A DNA stretch of 64,000 bases from an uncultured delta proteobacterium (GCA_963845145.1 CAWJQU010000016.1:4329-68328); one strand, 5' to 3'. Shown: positions 7,503 through 16,967, counted from the first letter of the stretch. Notes: generated by a model not told the origin, from the letters alone. Made by a program: numbers and translations.

Positions 7503-9474
7503 CCTTGCCCTCCCTGGCCACGACATCTTCAAGTTTTTCCCTGATCTTATCATCTTTTCCAAACGCACGATCGGCCTGAAGAACCGTGGCAAAAGCCATA
7601 TCTGGGCCGGTTTCGACGATTTCCAGCTCACCAATGACCTGGGGCAGCCCTTGGAGTTTTTTGCCTTTGTATTTGATGGGTTTACCCGGCTGAACAATCT
7701 CAAATTTGGTGCCCATGACCACGCCCTGGTTCGTTCCCAGATTGACCATGACCCGCTCGTCGGCCATTTGAACCACGTATCCCTGCAGAGGATATTTGGT
7801 GATGACTGTTTTTAAGATATCCTGATCCAGGGCGTTGAGGGCCGTCTCAAAGGGCTCTGATAAACTCATCTTGCGTGTAAATACTTTGGCCACAGCAGAG
7901 GTTTCGGTATCGATTAGCCGAATCGACAGAAGTGTTTTATCCGGCATATGGATGATGGTCCCCGTTCCGATCAATTTAGCCGCCAATACCTTGCCGAGTT
8001 TTAGGGCGGTTTCCGGGTCAGCGAGATCCGAAGAACCGAGGTTGAGTTCTTCCAGAAGGCGTTCTATCAGGACCCGCTCCACCACCTGAACACGGCCGGA
8101 ATCATTTAATTGCCCGGTTAGGTGTGCGCTTAACACAGAGGGAAGCCCATCCCGTCGGGCCAACCCGCCTTTTTCCTGCATGTCGACAAAGGTCAAAATC
8201 ATGGGGCGAGAGGTCCACTGGTCTTTTTTTCCGGAAAAGATCGATTGTTGGCTGCGATAACGTTCGGCCAGATCTTTGACCAGCTTATCAACCCTTGCCC
8301 CTCGTGTGGCATCTTTTTGAAGGGCCAGCATTTCTTCACTCTTTTTGGCGAGAATCGCGGCATACGTATCGTTTTTATTTACGGCCAGCGCGGCTTTAAA
8401 AGTTTCCAGGGCGTTAGCCCAATCACCTTCCTTTTGGTAAGTGATGGCTTTATTGGATGTGGCTTCAATAAAGTAGGGATTAATTTCCACCGCTTGGTCG
8501 TAAAGGGGGCGTGCCCTGTCATAATTACCGCGGTTGGCTTCAATGCGTGCTTTTTGATTCATGGCAATCGCTTTTTGAAAAGGTTCTCCCTCTTGCTTAT
8601 TAACGGCCTTGTCATACTCAGCCAGGGCAGCTTCTTTCTGTCCTTGGCTATACAACACATCGCCTTTGATCACATTGGCATAGACGCGATCCGGCGCTCT
8701 TTTCTCCACTTCGGCGGCCAGAGCCAAAGCTTTTTCGGTTTCACCTTGTTTGGCATGCAGTGCGGATAATCCCTCTATCCCCCGTATTTCACCTTCTCCC
8801 CCTTGGTTGGATAGGGTTTGAAACATCTGTTTCGCTTCGGGATAATTTCCTTGCTTCAACGCCGCATATCCCATGATGGTTTTAGACTCGATGTTTTGAG
8901 GGTTTTTCTTTTCTACTTCTCGGCTGATGGCTTTGGCCAGCTTCGGTTGATCGCGGTCTAGCTGTCGTGCCGCCAAACGGGTTAGCATCACCTCGGTGGT
9001 TTTTCCGCCACCTTGAAAGGCATCAAGCACCTTTAACCCTGGTCCAAGGATAAATATGCTTGGAAGGATAAGCTGGGCCTGGTACGTATCGCTCACCCCT
9101 TTTTCATCGATTAAAACAGGAAATTGAAGATCGACCTTCGTAACGAAATTGTTTACCTGGCTTGCCGGAGATCGGGTAATTCCCCAGACAACGAGCTCTG
9201 CATCTTTATAGGTGCGCGACAGTTGATCAAGATTTTGTAATCCAGTACGGCTAGCCTTGGATGTGGCGTCAAAAAAGTAAAGGACGATCATGGGTCGATC
9301 CTGCATGCTTGCCAAATCATACGGCCGCCCAAAAACATCGCTTAATGTGAAAGTCGGTGCCGGCGATCCAGCTGTGGGTTGGCCGAAAACCGGCGTCGTA
9401 AAGAGCAGCCCTGACCCGATGAGGCAAGTGAGAAGTATACAAGATAAAGGATTTTTAATCATTTTCATGGTCAT
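7486..9474 (-). CDS. Secreted multidomain protein: Cys-less redoxin-like fold, TPR repeats, CsgG/LpoB-like module, C-terminal beta-rich module
   Basis: Signal peptide 'LLTCLIGSGLLFTTPVFGQ'. Redoxin/AhpC-TSA-like 'FTLSDVFGRPYDL..RPMIVLYFFDATSKASR..VVWGIT', with ATSKAS where CxxC is expected. Long TPR region. 'ILTFVDMQEKGG..RVQVVERVLIERLLEELNLGSSDL..LGKVLAAKLIGTG', then 'GYVVQMADERVMVNLGTNQGVVMGTKFEIV'. Confidence 0.8.
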   Translation of the reverse strand: MTMKMIKNPLSCILLTCLIGSGLLFTTPVFGQPTAGSPAPTFTLSDVFGRPYDLASMQDRPMIVLYFFDATSKASRTGLQNLDQLSRTYKDAELVVWGITRSPASQVNNFVTKVDLQFPVLIDEKGVSDTYQAQLILPSIFILGPGLKVLDAFQGGGKTTEVMLTRLAARQLDRDQPKLAKAISREVEKKNPQNIESKTIMGYAALKQGNYPEAKQMFQTLSNQGGEGEIRGIEGLSALHAKQGETEKALALAAEVEKRAPDRVYANVIKGDVLYSQGQKEAALAEYDKAVNKQEGEPFQKAIAMNQKARIEANRGNYDRARPLYDQAVEINPYFIEATSNKAITYQKEGDWANALETFKAALAVNKNDTYAAILAKKSEEMLALQKDATRGARVDKLVKDLAERYRSQQSIFSGKKDQWTSRPMILTFVDMQEKGGLARRDGLPSVLSAHLTGQLNDSGRVQVVERVLIERLLEELNLGSSDLADPETALKLGKVLAAKLIGTGTIIHMPDKTLLSIRLIDTETSAVAKVFTRKMSLSEPFETALNALDQDILKTVITKYPLQGYVVQMADERVMVNLGTNQGVVMGTKFEIVQPGKPIKYKGKKLQGLPQVIGELEIVETGPDMAFATVLQADRAFGKDDKIREKLEDVVAREGKDATKE

Positions 9475-9491
9475 CCTCCTATGTTGAAAGA

Positions 9492-10841
9492 TTAATCTTC
9501 GGGAACCAGTCTAATTCGAAGCGGGATTTCTCCCGGTTTATCAAGATTTAGTTGGGCTTCCCAACCAAAATATTTGTCATGTCGGAGGCCAACTTCATAT
9601 TTGCCGTAAGGTAGTTTCACTTTAATCGGTGTCTTTCCATGATACTTACCATTTACATAGAAACTGGCGCCTGGCGGAGCGCTTTGGACATCCAGCGTTG
9701 ATCGTTTAAGCGCCGGTTTGGGTATAACAGGTTTGGGCTTCGGCGCGGGTGGCACAGGCTTTGGTTCCGGTTTTGGCAAGACCGGTTTCGGCAGGACTGG
9801 TTTCGGCTTTGGCGTTGGGGGGACCGGTTGGGGTGTCGGTGTCGGGTCAGGGGCAGGAACTGGCGTCGGAGTCCCGGATTGTGGAATCGGTGGAGACGGT
9901 GGCGAATATACAGATATGGAGACAACGGCCAAAACACCCATGGCGAGAATGGACAGGCCGGCCAGCACGTACAACCAGGTTCGTTTTTTCTTTTGAACTT
10001 TTTGATAGGTTGCCGCGACCGGTTTGGATGCCAGGCACCCCTTCAATGCTTCAGATAAACTTTGTCCGTTTTGATATCGTTCTCCCGGTGATTTACTTAA
10101 ACACTTCATGATCAATTGGGAAAGCGCTGAAGGAACCTGACGATTTAGCCGGACCGGCGTGGGTGGTATCTCTTTCCCAATGGCATTGAAGAGTGTCGTT
10201 AAATTGTCTCCGGTAAATGGGCGCTGGCCGGTGGTCAATTCGTATAGGACAACCCCCAGCGCATAGATATCGGAGCGACCGTCCACCGGTTGCCCGGCAA
10301 CCTGCTCCGGCGGCATATAGATAGGGGTACCGAGAATCTCACCCATTTGGGTCATCTGGTGTCCCGAAGCGCCTTCTATACGGGCTATTCCGAAATCCGT
10401 TACCTTAACATGCCCCTGGGGGGTAATAATGATGTTACCCGGCTTGATATCCCGGTGGATAATTCCTTGACGATGGGCGTAATCCAAAGCCCCTGCCACT
10501 TGGATGCCCAAGTCGACGATTTGTTCGCTGGTAAAATCTTTTTCCCCGATAAGAAGGTCTAAAGACCGACCTTCGAGGAATTCCATGGCAATATAAATCG
10601 TACCATGGTCTTCACCGACATCAAAGACCGTGACAATATTGGGATGGGACAATCGGCCGATCGCTTGTGCTTCGGCGATGAACCGGCGCACGAATTCCTG
10701 ATCCACGACCCGGTCTTCTCGCAGAACTTTCAGGGCCACCATCCGATCGATCTGAGGGTCATGGGCCTTATAAACCATTCCCATGGCGCCCCTGCCCAGT
10801 TCAGAGACAATCTGATAGCGGCCATATTGCATGGCATTCAT
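9492..10841 (-). CDS. Hanks-type Ser/Thr protein kinase, single TM, Pro-rich linker, C-terminal PEGA-like domain
   Basis: Motifs GRGAMGMVY, VALKVL, HRDIKPGNIII, DFGIAR and GTPIYMPPE. TM 'WLYVLAGLSILAMGVLAVVSISV'. C-terminus 'PPGASFYVNGKYHGKTPIKVKLPYGKYEV'. Confidence 0.92.
   Translation of the reverse strand: MNAMQYGRYQIVSELGRGAMGMVYKAHDPQIDRMVALKVLREDRVVDQEFVRRFIAEAQAIGRLSHPNIVTVFDVGEDHGTIYIAMEFLEGRSLDLLIGEKDFTSEQIVDLGIQVAGALDYAHRQGIIHRDIKPGNIIITPQGHVKVTDFGIARIEGASGHQMTQMGEILGTPIYMPPEQVAGQPVDGRSDIYALGVVLYELTTGQRPFTGDNLTTLFNAIGKEIPPTPVRLNRQVPSALSQLIMKCLSKSPGERYQNGQSLSEALKGCLASKPVAATYQKVQKKKRTWLYVLAGLSILAMGVLAVVSISVYSPPSPPIPQSGTPTPVPAPDPTPTPQPVPPTPKPKPVLPKPVLPKPEPKPVPPAPKPKPVIPKPALKRSTLDVQSAPPGASFYVNGKYHGKTPIKVKLPYGKYEVGLRHDKYFGWEAQLNLDKPGEIPLRIRLVPED
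9705..9902 (-). repeat. Low-complexity coding repeat (Pro-rich PKP/PxP linker of the kinase)
   Basis: Encodes 'PPSPPIPQSGTPTPVPAPDPTPTPQPVPPTPKPKPVLPKPVLPKPEPKPVPPAPKPKPVIPKPALK'. The plus strand shows reiterated ggtttcgg/ggtttggg units, which create spurious Gly-rich antisense ORFs. Confidence 0.7.
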
Positions 10842-10862
10842 AGCTCTATATAGGTCATATTT

Positions 10863-11828
10863 CTATTGCACATAATCAATATTGGCTTTGATGAAAGCGA
10901 TCACCGTTTCCATGGGGATAAGAAAGCCCACTTGCTCTTCCACGCGATGTCGGCCTTTGACCACTGCAACCAGACGCCCCTGGTCGTCAAATACCGGGCT
11001 GCCGCTGTTGCCGGGTAAAACAACCATTTTTACCTGCCACAACAACTGATTGTCAGCCCGGCGGGGGGGGCCGTCAACAAAACCGGAGGTCAGCTTACCA
11101 CGCCCGTTTGCGGAGCAGCCAAGGGTGTACAGCTGGTCACCGAAATTCAAAAGATTACGGCTTTCATTCAACAAAATACCCGCCTCCTGCTTAGATGCGA
11201 CGCGGATAAGGGCTAGGTCGAGCTGCTGATCCAATAGGACAACTTGTCCACTGATTTCACGCCCGCTACGCAGGACAACGATGATATTCTGAAATGCCGC
11301 CAGATCATGGGCTGTCGATAAAATCAGCCCCTCACGGGCTTTTAGGAAAAATCCGGTCACCTGTTTTTCGGTATCACTTGTTATAATCCGCACGCAAACC
11401 ACCGCTTTTTTATAAAAACGTAAGCGTGAAGGGATAGACTTAGTGGACGTATGACGTCTTGGGAGCGTGGCGCCCACCTGTTTTGATATTTGGTACCACA
11501 ACGGTTGATATGGATCATGTATGCCCTGATCTTTTGGACCGGTCCACTGGGCTTTAACATGGCTGGCCAGGGCGGATTGAGGGCGAATAATTATATGCCA
11601 GTGCTCATCATCTTTCTCTGCTCTAAATTCGGTTTTCTGGAGGTTGACATGGGTCCTGTAAATGCGAAACCCAGTGGTTTGCAACCAGACGGTGATGACT
11701 TGTTCAACAGTCGCCTGGGGTATGGGGAATGTTTTTTCGTTTATTCCAGCCTTGATTTGCACCGGGCATAATAGCCAAGGAATAAACAGTAGCCAAATGG
11801 CATGTCGAAAATGGATTCTGCCCTTCAT
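10863..11828 (-). CDS. Secreted trypsin-like (S1/chymotrypsin-fold) serine protease with unrecognised N-terminal domain
   Basis: Signal peptide 'AIWLLFIPWLLCPVQIKAG'. Triad contexts 'LSTAHDL', 'DLALIRV' and 'LPGNSGSPVFDDQGRLVAVV'. Confidence 0.8.
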   Translation of the reverse strand: MKGRIHFRHAIWLLFIPWLLCPVQIKAGINEKTFPIPQATVEQVITVWLQTTGFRIYRTHVNLQKTEFRAEKDDEHWHIIIRPQSALASHVKAQWTGPKDQGIHDPYQPLWYQISKQVGATLPRRHTSTKSIPSRLRFYKKAVVCVRIITSDTEKQVTGFFLKAREGLILSTAHDLAAFQNIIVVLRSGREISGQVVLLDQQLDLALIRVASKQEAGILLNESRNLLNFGDQLYTLGCSANGRGKLTSGFVDGPPRRADNQLLWQVKMVVLPGNSGSPVFDDQGRLVAVVKGRHRVEEQVGFLIPMETVIAFIKANIDYVQ

Positions 11829-11979
11829 GTCTCTAAGTTTGCAAAACCCTCATAAGGAGAATGGTTAAGGCCGCATGCGATTAAATTTTGCCATCATCTT
11901 TTCTTGTTGCAGCATAGCGTAAATACGATGTCATGACAAATTAATTTAATGCATACCCTAAATATTTCCGTAAATAGGC

Positions 11980-12010
11980 TTGACATAATGACCGTGAAAT
12001 AAGCTATACT
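11980..12010 (+). promoter_or_regulatory. Candidate sigma70 promoter for the dual-FHA gene
   Basis: TTGACA (11980-85), a 19-nt spacer, then TATACT (12005-10), 57 nt upstream of ATG 12067. The spacer is longer than optimal. Confidence 0.3.
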
Positions 12011-12066
12011 TCCTGCGGGAATATCAAAATACTTAACTTTGTGTTCCATTTGGATGCCGTTATACG

Positions 12067-13155
12067 ATGCCAGAAAAACCGACCATTGTCGTTCAGCTCA
12101 TACATATCGAAGGCCCTTTGAAAGGAAAAATCGAGGAGTTCGTCGACCCGGTTTTACAGATTGGGCGTCACCCTGATTGTCAGATACGCTTTCCGAAAGA
12201 TGTGACCCTCATTTCAAGAAATCACGCCGAAATTGTCAGAGAAGGGAATCGGTTTAAACTTCTTGATCACAGTGCCAACGGAACGTTTTTAAATGGTAAG
12301 GCTATCAAAGAGGCCATTTTAAAAAACGGCGATGTTCTCATGATTGGCGATGGCGGTCCAAAGGTTAGCTTTCTGACTGAAATAAAATCGAGCGCGGGCG
12401 AAGCTTTCCAAACGTCCCCGACACCTTTAGCCATGCCTCAATCCCCAGGTAGTTCCCAAGAGGTGTCAAAACACAGGCCACCCGTACAACCGGCGCTCTC
12501 TATCCCAAAACCATCGACCCCGTCGGTAGCGCCCCGAGAGCAGATCGCTTCAAAATTTTCAGCACCAAAGCCAGGCCTTAATTCAGCCGATTTACAGGTT
12601 CAGGCACCCCTGGCAATTCAATTCGGCCCGACGATCCAGTCTTTTAAGGTACTTCCGGTAACTGTAGGGAAAAAGAATGATTGCGATTATGTGATCAACC
12701 ATGCTCACATTATAGATCGGCATGTTCAATTTTTTTATTTTGAATCCAATTATTGGGTTAAGGATCTGACCGGGCAAGGCTTGATAACCATTAACGAAAA
12801 TCCTGTCCAGGGCCAAACGCCTCTTCATCCCGGCAGCCGGTTATCATTAAGTCCTCAAGGTCCCGTTTTTCAATTTCTTAACGGCGGACGATTGGTGGAG
12901 GATGCGAATCAACCCATTAGCGCACCTTCCGAATCCCCGCAGGGTACGCCCGAGATGCCCTGGGAGATAGCCCCCAAGGCACCGCGCCGAAAAAAGAAGG
13001 CACTCGTTTTTTTAATCGGATTTTTGGTCATCCTGGTGACAGTAAGTGTATTGTATCTGCTTGTCTCCAACGCTACGGATGGTCCTGGGGCGGGTGGACT
13101 AAAAGAGTGGTGGTACCGTTGGATGGAAACGATTCGACGCGTTGTTGGGTCATAA
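12067..13155 (+). CDS. Membrane-anchored protein with two FHA domains
   Basis: FHA1 is 'LQIGRHPDCQIRFP..ISRNHAEIVREGNRFKLLDHSANGTFLNGKAI'. FHA2 is 'VTVGKKNDCDYVI..IDRHVQFFYFESNYWVKDLTGQGLITINENPV'. C-terminal TM 'ALVFLIGFLVILVTVSVLYLLV'. Confidence 0.88.
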   Translation: MPEKPTIVVQLIHIEGPLKGKIEEFVDPVLQIGRHPDCQIRFPKDVTLISRNHAEIVREGNRFKLLDHSANGTFLNGKAIKEAILKNGDVLMIGDGGPKVSFLTEIKSSAGEAFQTSPTPLAMPQSPGSSQEVSKHRPPVQPALSIPKPSTPSVAPREQIASKFSAPKPGLNSADLQVQAPLAIQFGPTIQSFKVLPVTVGKKNDCDYVINHAHIIDRHVQFFYFESNYWVKDLTGQGLITINENPVQGQTPLHPGSRLSLSPQGPVFQFLNGGRLVEDANQPISAPSESPQGTPEMPWEIAPKAPRRKKKALVFLIGFLVILVTVSVLYLLVSNATDGPGAGGLKEWWYRWMETIRRVVGS

Positions 13156-13358
13156 TAGGACGCTGACTACTTGCGTCTCCCGACGAGAGCGTTGGATTAG
13201 AAAAACCACGTCTATTTGAGCGCCCGACAATGCTTGCAGTCAATGATGGGAATATGTGACGGATAGTCGTCATTTAAGCATGAACGAGCTTTCAGATATT
13301 TGGATTGATAATTGCCAAGTATACGAGTGGAACGCTCGCGTTATATAGAGGGACGGTA

Positions 13359-14123
13359 CTACAGGTGCTCCTCGATGGCATTCTTTAAGGGGTCGGCCAT
13401 TCCTTCCAAACTGCCCAGATCGATAATTTCTTGAAAAGCTGGAATTCCTGATAGCTGCGTGACTTCGGTAATAAATTTATCTGATGGTAGAAATGTCCTT
13501 AGCGGCAGGGATAAAACGGCTACAGACAACCCGCCAAGATCATTTAGTGTTTGAATTTCAACATCGTATCTAAGATCCCTAAGAAGTACGCCAAGCATCG
13601 GGATTTGCTCAAGGAGGACGGTCATGCAAATGTGACAAAGCACTGACTGCTTTATCTCTTCCACTTGGCGAGATTCCGTTCCAGCCACCATCGCCCTGAT
13701 CCGATTAAGACTACACTCATTTTCATATGCTAAAATGAATTGTGTGGGCGAGGTAACCGTCGTTATTTTATCGCCATTTTCACCCAATTGCAGCTTGTAT
13801 TGATATGGGGTGCATATTAGCTGGGGGGATATAGCAGAAAGTGGTATGGATAACTCTTTTCGCAGACCCAAAGGTTTTTCGGCCAAGCTTGCGTAGCGTT
13901 GCTGTAACGTGGCAAAGGCCTTATCCGAACCCGGCACATCCTTTTTTGACGTGCCCTTCATATAGGATCCCAGAAAATTTTGGGGGGCAAATAGCGGTTT
14001 TATTACCGCCAAATGTGTTTTTAAACGTGTGTTAAGGGAGCCGGCAATTTTTTCTGTGGTTTGTCGAAGGCTTAAAAACTCTGCATTATCCAAGTCTTTT
14101 CGCGACACATCTTCATTAGGCAT
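13359..14123 (-). CDS. Hypothetical protein (no family recognised), co-directional downstream of the FHA-SLT gene
   Basis: 254-aa ORF with coding-like composition. No motifs recognised. Confidence 0.5.
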   Translation of the reverse strand: MPNEDVSRKDLDNAEFLSLRQTTEKIAGSLNTRLKTHLAVIKPLFAPQNFLGSYMKGTSKKDVPGSDKAFATLQQRYASLAEKPLGLRKELSIPLSAISPQLICTPYQYKLQLGENGDKITTVTSPTQFILAYENECSLNRIRAMVAGTESRQVEEIKQSVLCHICMTVLLEQIPMLGVLLRDLRYDVEIQTLNDLGGLSVAVLSLPLRTFLPSDKFITEVTQLSGIPAFQEIIDLGSLEGMADPLKNAIEEHL

Positions 14124-14313
14124 TCTAATCCCTCAAATTAATTGAATAATTTAAATCAATCGTAACATGGTTTGAATGATTCTGTCAACGATTGTCCCGA
14201 TTGATTGCCCTGATTGATTGAACCTGTAATTGTTCAAGGCGTACCCGGCCGACGTGGTTATTTATAAATTCATTTCCTTCTTTCAGGTAAGTACCTTTAT
14301 CGAAACCTTATCG

Positions 14314-15762
14314 CTACTTTGGCGAGGTTATTTTTGCTTGAATGGTACCCAAAGGATTGCCGAATGTAAATCCGAACAGCTGCGGATTTTCTCCGATAAC
14401 GGCCGCCGAAAAAATATAAAAAACATAGTCATAGGTTTGCTTAGGGATTTTCTTTTTGTATTTCAGCAACAGATTCCAAAAGTTTCGTTCGCGCGGGTTT
14501 TCAGGAATTGTCCGGATCAACTTGATCACTCTGTTTTCGCCCCAATTATAGGATGCCATGACGAGCAGCCCTGAAGCTTGAGCGTCCGTATCATATATAT
14601 CTCGTAGATATTTAGCTGCTGCCAGCGTGGCTTTTTCCGGGTTATGTCGATCATCTTGCGGGTCGGGTTGATTCTGTTTGACCAACGGACCGGTTTTTAA
14701 TCCGTATCTTCGGGCTGTGTCCGGAATAAATTGCCACATACCCTTGGCAATGCCCCAACGGGTTTTCGGCCCGACGGCATTTTTATTAAAATTACTCTCC
14801 TGAAGTGCGAGGTAAAAAAATTCAGGCGGTAAATCATATGCGGACAATGTTTGACCGATAGTGTCGATATATCCATTTTTTTTGGCTCGCGCGATCGCTC
14901 TAGCCATGCGCTGGCTTGATTTCCACTTGCCCACATACTTTAATACTTCTTTGGCAAAATCAGGCGGTACATCGATTTCGCATTCTCCAAAAATTCTTGC
15001 CGTCTGTAGAATGAGCCGCTCCTGGGGGCTGATGTCTTTTTTGTAAACTTTAAGGGTATTGATAAATTGATCGTAATTTTTTTCCATTTCCCGGCGCTTG
15101 GTCTTATACTGGTCGACTTTTTTAATGATTTTTTTGTCTTTAGTTTCCCGGGCAATCCGCAATAACTCTGAAAATTCCAGCTCCATGGCTTTCATATTGT
15201 AAAAAATATCTTTCGCCAGTTTGCGGTGTTTCTTGAGTTGATAGTGCTTTACTGTGGCAACGCTCCCCACCCCGATAAGCAGGCAGACGATAATACCGAT
15301 AATAGTAAAATATTTTCCTTTTTGTTTTTTTTGTACCTGGGAGAAAACTTGTCGAATCATCATGGTGTGCTCACCGGCCTGAGCATCGTCTTTGCTATCA
15401 AAGTAATGATTACGGTAATAGGTGAGTGATTGAGGGTCGGGCTCGGTTGACGATGGGAGGGTTTCTTCTTCGAGGGAGAGTAAAAGCAAGGGACCATCTG
15501 GGCCGAGCTGAATACGAGCGCTATTCGTTAACGGTTCCTGGTGGATTCGTTTACCGTCGATGTAGGTTCCATTGGCACTTACTAAATCCTTTATCCACCA
15601 TTGATCACCGATAAATAGAATTTCCACATGCTGCCGGCTGACGATACTATCGTGCAGCTTTACCTGGCAAGTGCTTCCCCGTCCGATACGAAATGCTTCG
15701 GAAAAAGAATAATCTACCTGGTCTGAATTACCTTTATCAATATGGACATGGACTTTGTTCAT
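14314..15762 (-). CDS. FHA domain - TM - lytic transglycosylase (SLT/GH23) fusion protein
   Basis: N-terminal FHA 'FRIGRGSTCQVKLHDSIVSRQHVEILFIGDQWWIKDLVSANGTYIDGKRI'. TM 'FTIIGIIVCLLIGVGSVATV'. C-terminal SLT motifs 'YLALQESNFNKNAV', 'GIAKGMWQFIPDTARRYGL' and 'VMASYNWG'. Confidence 0.88.
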   Translation of the reverse strand: MNKVHVHIDKGNSDQVDYSFSEAFRIGRGSTCQVKLHDSIVSRQHVEILFIGDQWWIKDLVSANGTYIDGKRIHQEPLTNSARIQLGPDGPLLLLSLEEETLPSSTEPDPQSLTYYRNHYFDSKDDAQAGEHTMMIRQVFSQVQKKQKGKYFTIIGIIVCLLIGVGSVATVKHYQLKKHRKLAKDIFYNMKAMELEFSELLRIARETKDKKIIKKVDQYKTKRREMEKNYDQFINTLKVYKKDISPQERLILQTARIFGECEIDVPPDFAKEVLKYVGKWKSSQRMARAIARAKKNGYIDTIGQTLSAYDLPPEFFYLALQESNFNKNAVGPKTRWGIAKGMWQFIPDTARRYGLKTGPLVKQNQPDPQDDRHNPEKATLAAAKYLRDIYDTDAQASGLLVMASYNWGENRVIKLIRTIPENPRERNFWNLLLKYKKKIPKQTYDYVFYIFSAAVIGENPQLFGFTFGNPLGTIQAKITSPK

Positions 15763-16040
15763 CTCAAAAGGCCTTTGGGCTAGCAGGTTTTAAACGTTTT
15801 TCCCCAGCGTGAGTAGAGGCTATTTCTACCTGGGGTCAAGGGATCTACCATAATTGTATCAAATATTTGGTGCGTGCCAGAATAGCGTAAATCCAATATC
15901 TGGTCAATCAATTGATCGCAAGGCCTGTTATATTAACGGAAGCCGGTTGACATATTTTGGTTGAGTTAGGTAAAGAATGAACTATTCACCCCTTTTTAAT
16001 CGTTTGTAGCGTTATCCGTTATCAATATAGGGCTTGCTTC

Positions 16041-16967
16041 GTGGAAAAGCCGAATAATTCATTTGATCCTTGTATGAATATTAGCATTTATGAAGCTCAA
16101 TTGACCAATCAAAGCGGTGTTTCCATTGATTGGGATTTAGGGGTTATGCTGCCCGACAAGAAAAGACAACCTGTCTTTTTGCCTGGTAAGGCAAAATGTG
16201 TGATTTGCGGGCGGGGCATCGCGGATCTTGACTGGCGTTTGTACCAAACTTGTGATTTTTGGAAGTGTCGCGTTGAACATCGACGGCAACAGCGCACCCT
16301 GCAAACGAAAATAGACGTACACGAACGCCGACAACGGGAGAAGTTCGAAAAACAGGTTTTCCGGTTACGCAACAAGGCGGCAAGTTTACTTGGGATCGGT
16401 AGGCCGGAGATTTTTGAGCCGGTGGTCGTTCCGGCCACTGAGCGGCCCCTGACGCCCCTTCCTCAAGAGCGGCGATCCGCACTATCCAACCATTTGAAGG
16501 GTTTGCTTAGCGAGACCCAAGCAAACCCGATTTTGGTACGAGATGACGGTCGCGGCGGAACGGTGCCGACGGATATTCCCGATGTCAATGCCAATCCCCT
16601 TCCCATCATTCAGGTCGCTTGCGCGACATGCCGGGGGAGTTGCTGCAATAGCGGTGGCGATCGGGCATATTTGACTGGAGAGACGATTCTTAGTTATTGG
16701 AAAAGGTATACTGAACTTGAGCCCCACGAAATACGTGCTGCGTTCCTGGCGTATACCGCTGAAGACACGGTTGAGGACTCCTGCATTTTTCACGGTATAA
16801 ACGGCTGTTGCCTGCCACGTGAGGCGCGTTCCGCCACCTGCAACGAGTTCAAGTGTGCTGATTTGAACCGATTACCCCAAAAGCTATCAGGGCCAGGACC
16901 CCATCCGGTCTTTCTGATGGCAGTGAGAAAGACCCAGGCGGTTCGATACGCCTTTGTATGCGTTTAG
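16041..16967 (+). CDS. YkgJ/UPF0153-like cysteine-cluster (CxxCxxCC) protein with extra N-terminal Cys pairs
   Basis: GTG start. 'CVICGRG..CDFWKC', then 'CATCRGSCCNSGGDRAYLTGETI' and 'DSCIFHGINGCCLPREARSATCNEFKC'. Confidence 0.65.
   Translation: MEKPNNSFDPCMNISIYEAQLTNQSGVSIDWDLGVMLPDKKRQPVFLPGKAKCVICGRGIADLDWRLYQTCDFWKCRVEHRRQQRTLQTKIDVHERRQREKFEKQVFRLRNKAASLLGIGRPEIFEPVVVPATERPLTPLPQERRSALSNHLKGLLSETQANPILVRDDGRGGTVPTDIPDVNANPLPIIQVACATCRGSCCNSGGDRAYLTGETILSYWKRYTELEPHEIRAAFLAYTAEDTVEDSCIFHGINGCCLPREARSATCNEFKCADLNRLPQKLSGPGPHPVFLMAVRKTQAVRYAFVCV

Noticed and set aside
7290-7815. Plus-strand ORFs and the long 240-aa version of ORF 6981..7703
   Set aside because: The N-terminal 67 codons of the 240-aa version overlap the end of the 662-aa gene in another frame. 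An internal ATG at 7502 gives a perfect lipoprotein signal, so the shorter model is preferred. The plus-strand ORFs are antisense shadows.
8245-8769. 174-aa plus-strand ORF inside the TPR gene
   Set aside because: It is antisense to a well-supported 662-aa gene, and its translation is Phe/Gly/Ile-rich nonsense typical of TPR antisense.
9718-10111. Gly-rich plus-strand ORFs (92, 120 and 76 aa) in the kinase gene
   Set aside because: They are the reverse complement of the Pro-rich (CCN) linker of the kinase, so the GGN codon runs are an artefact.
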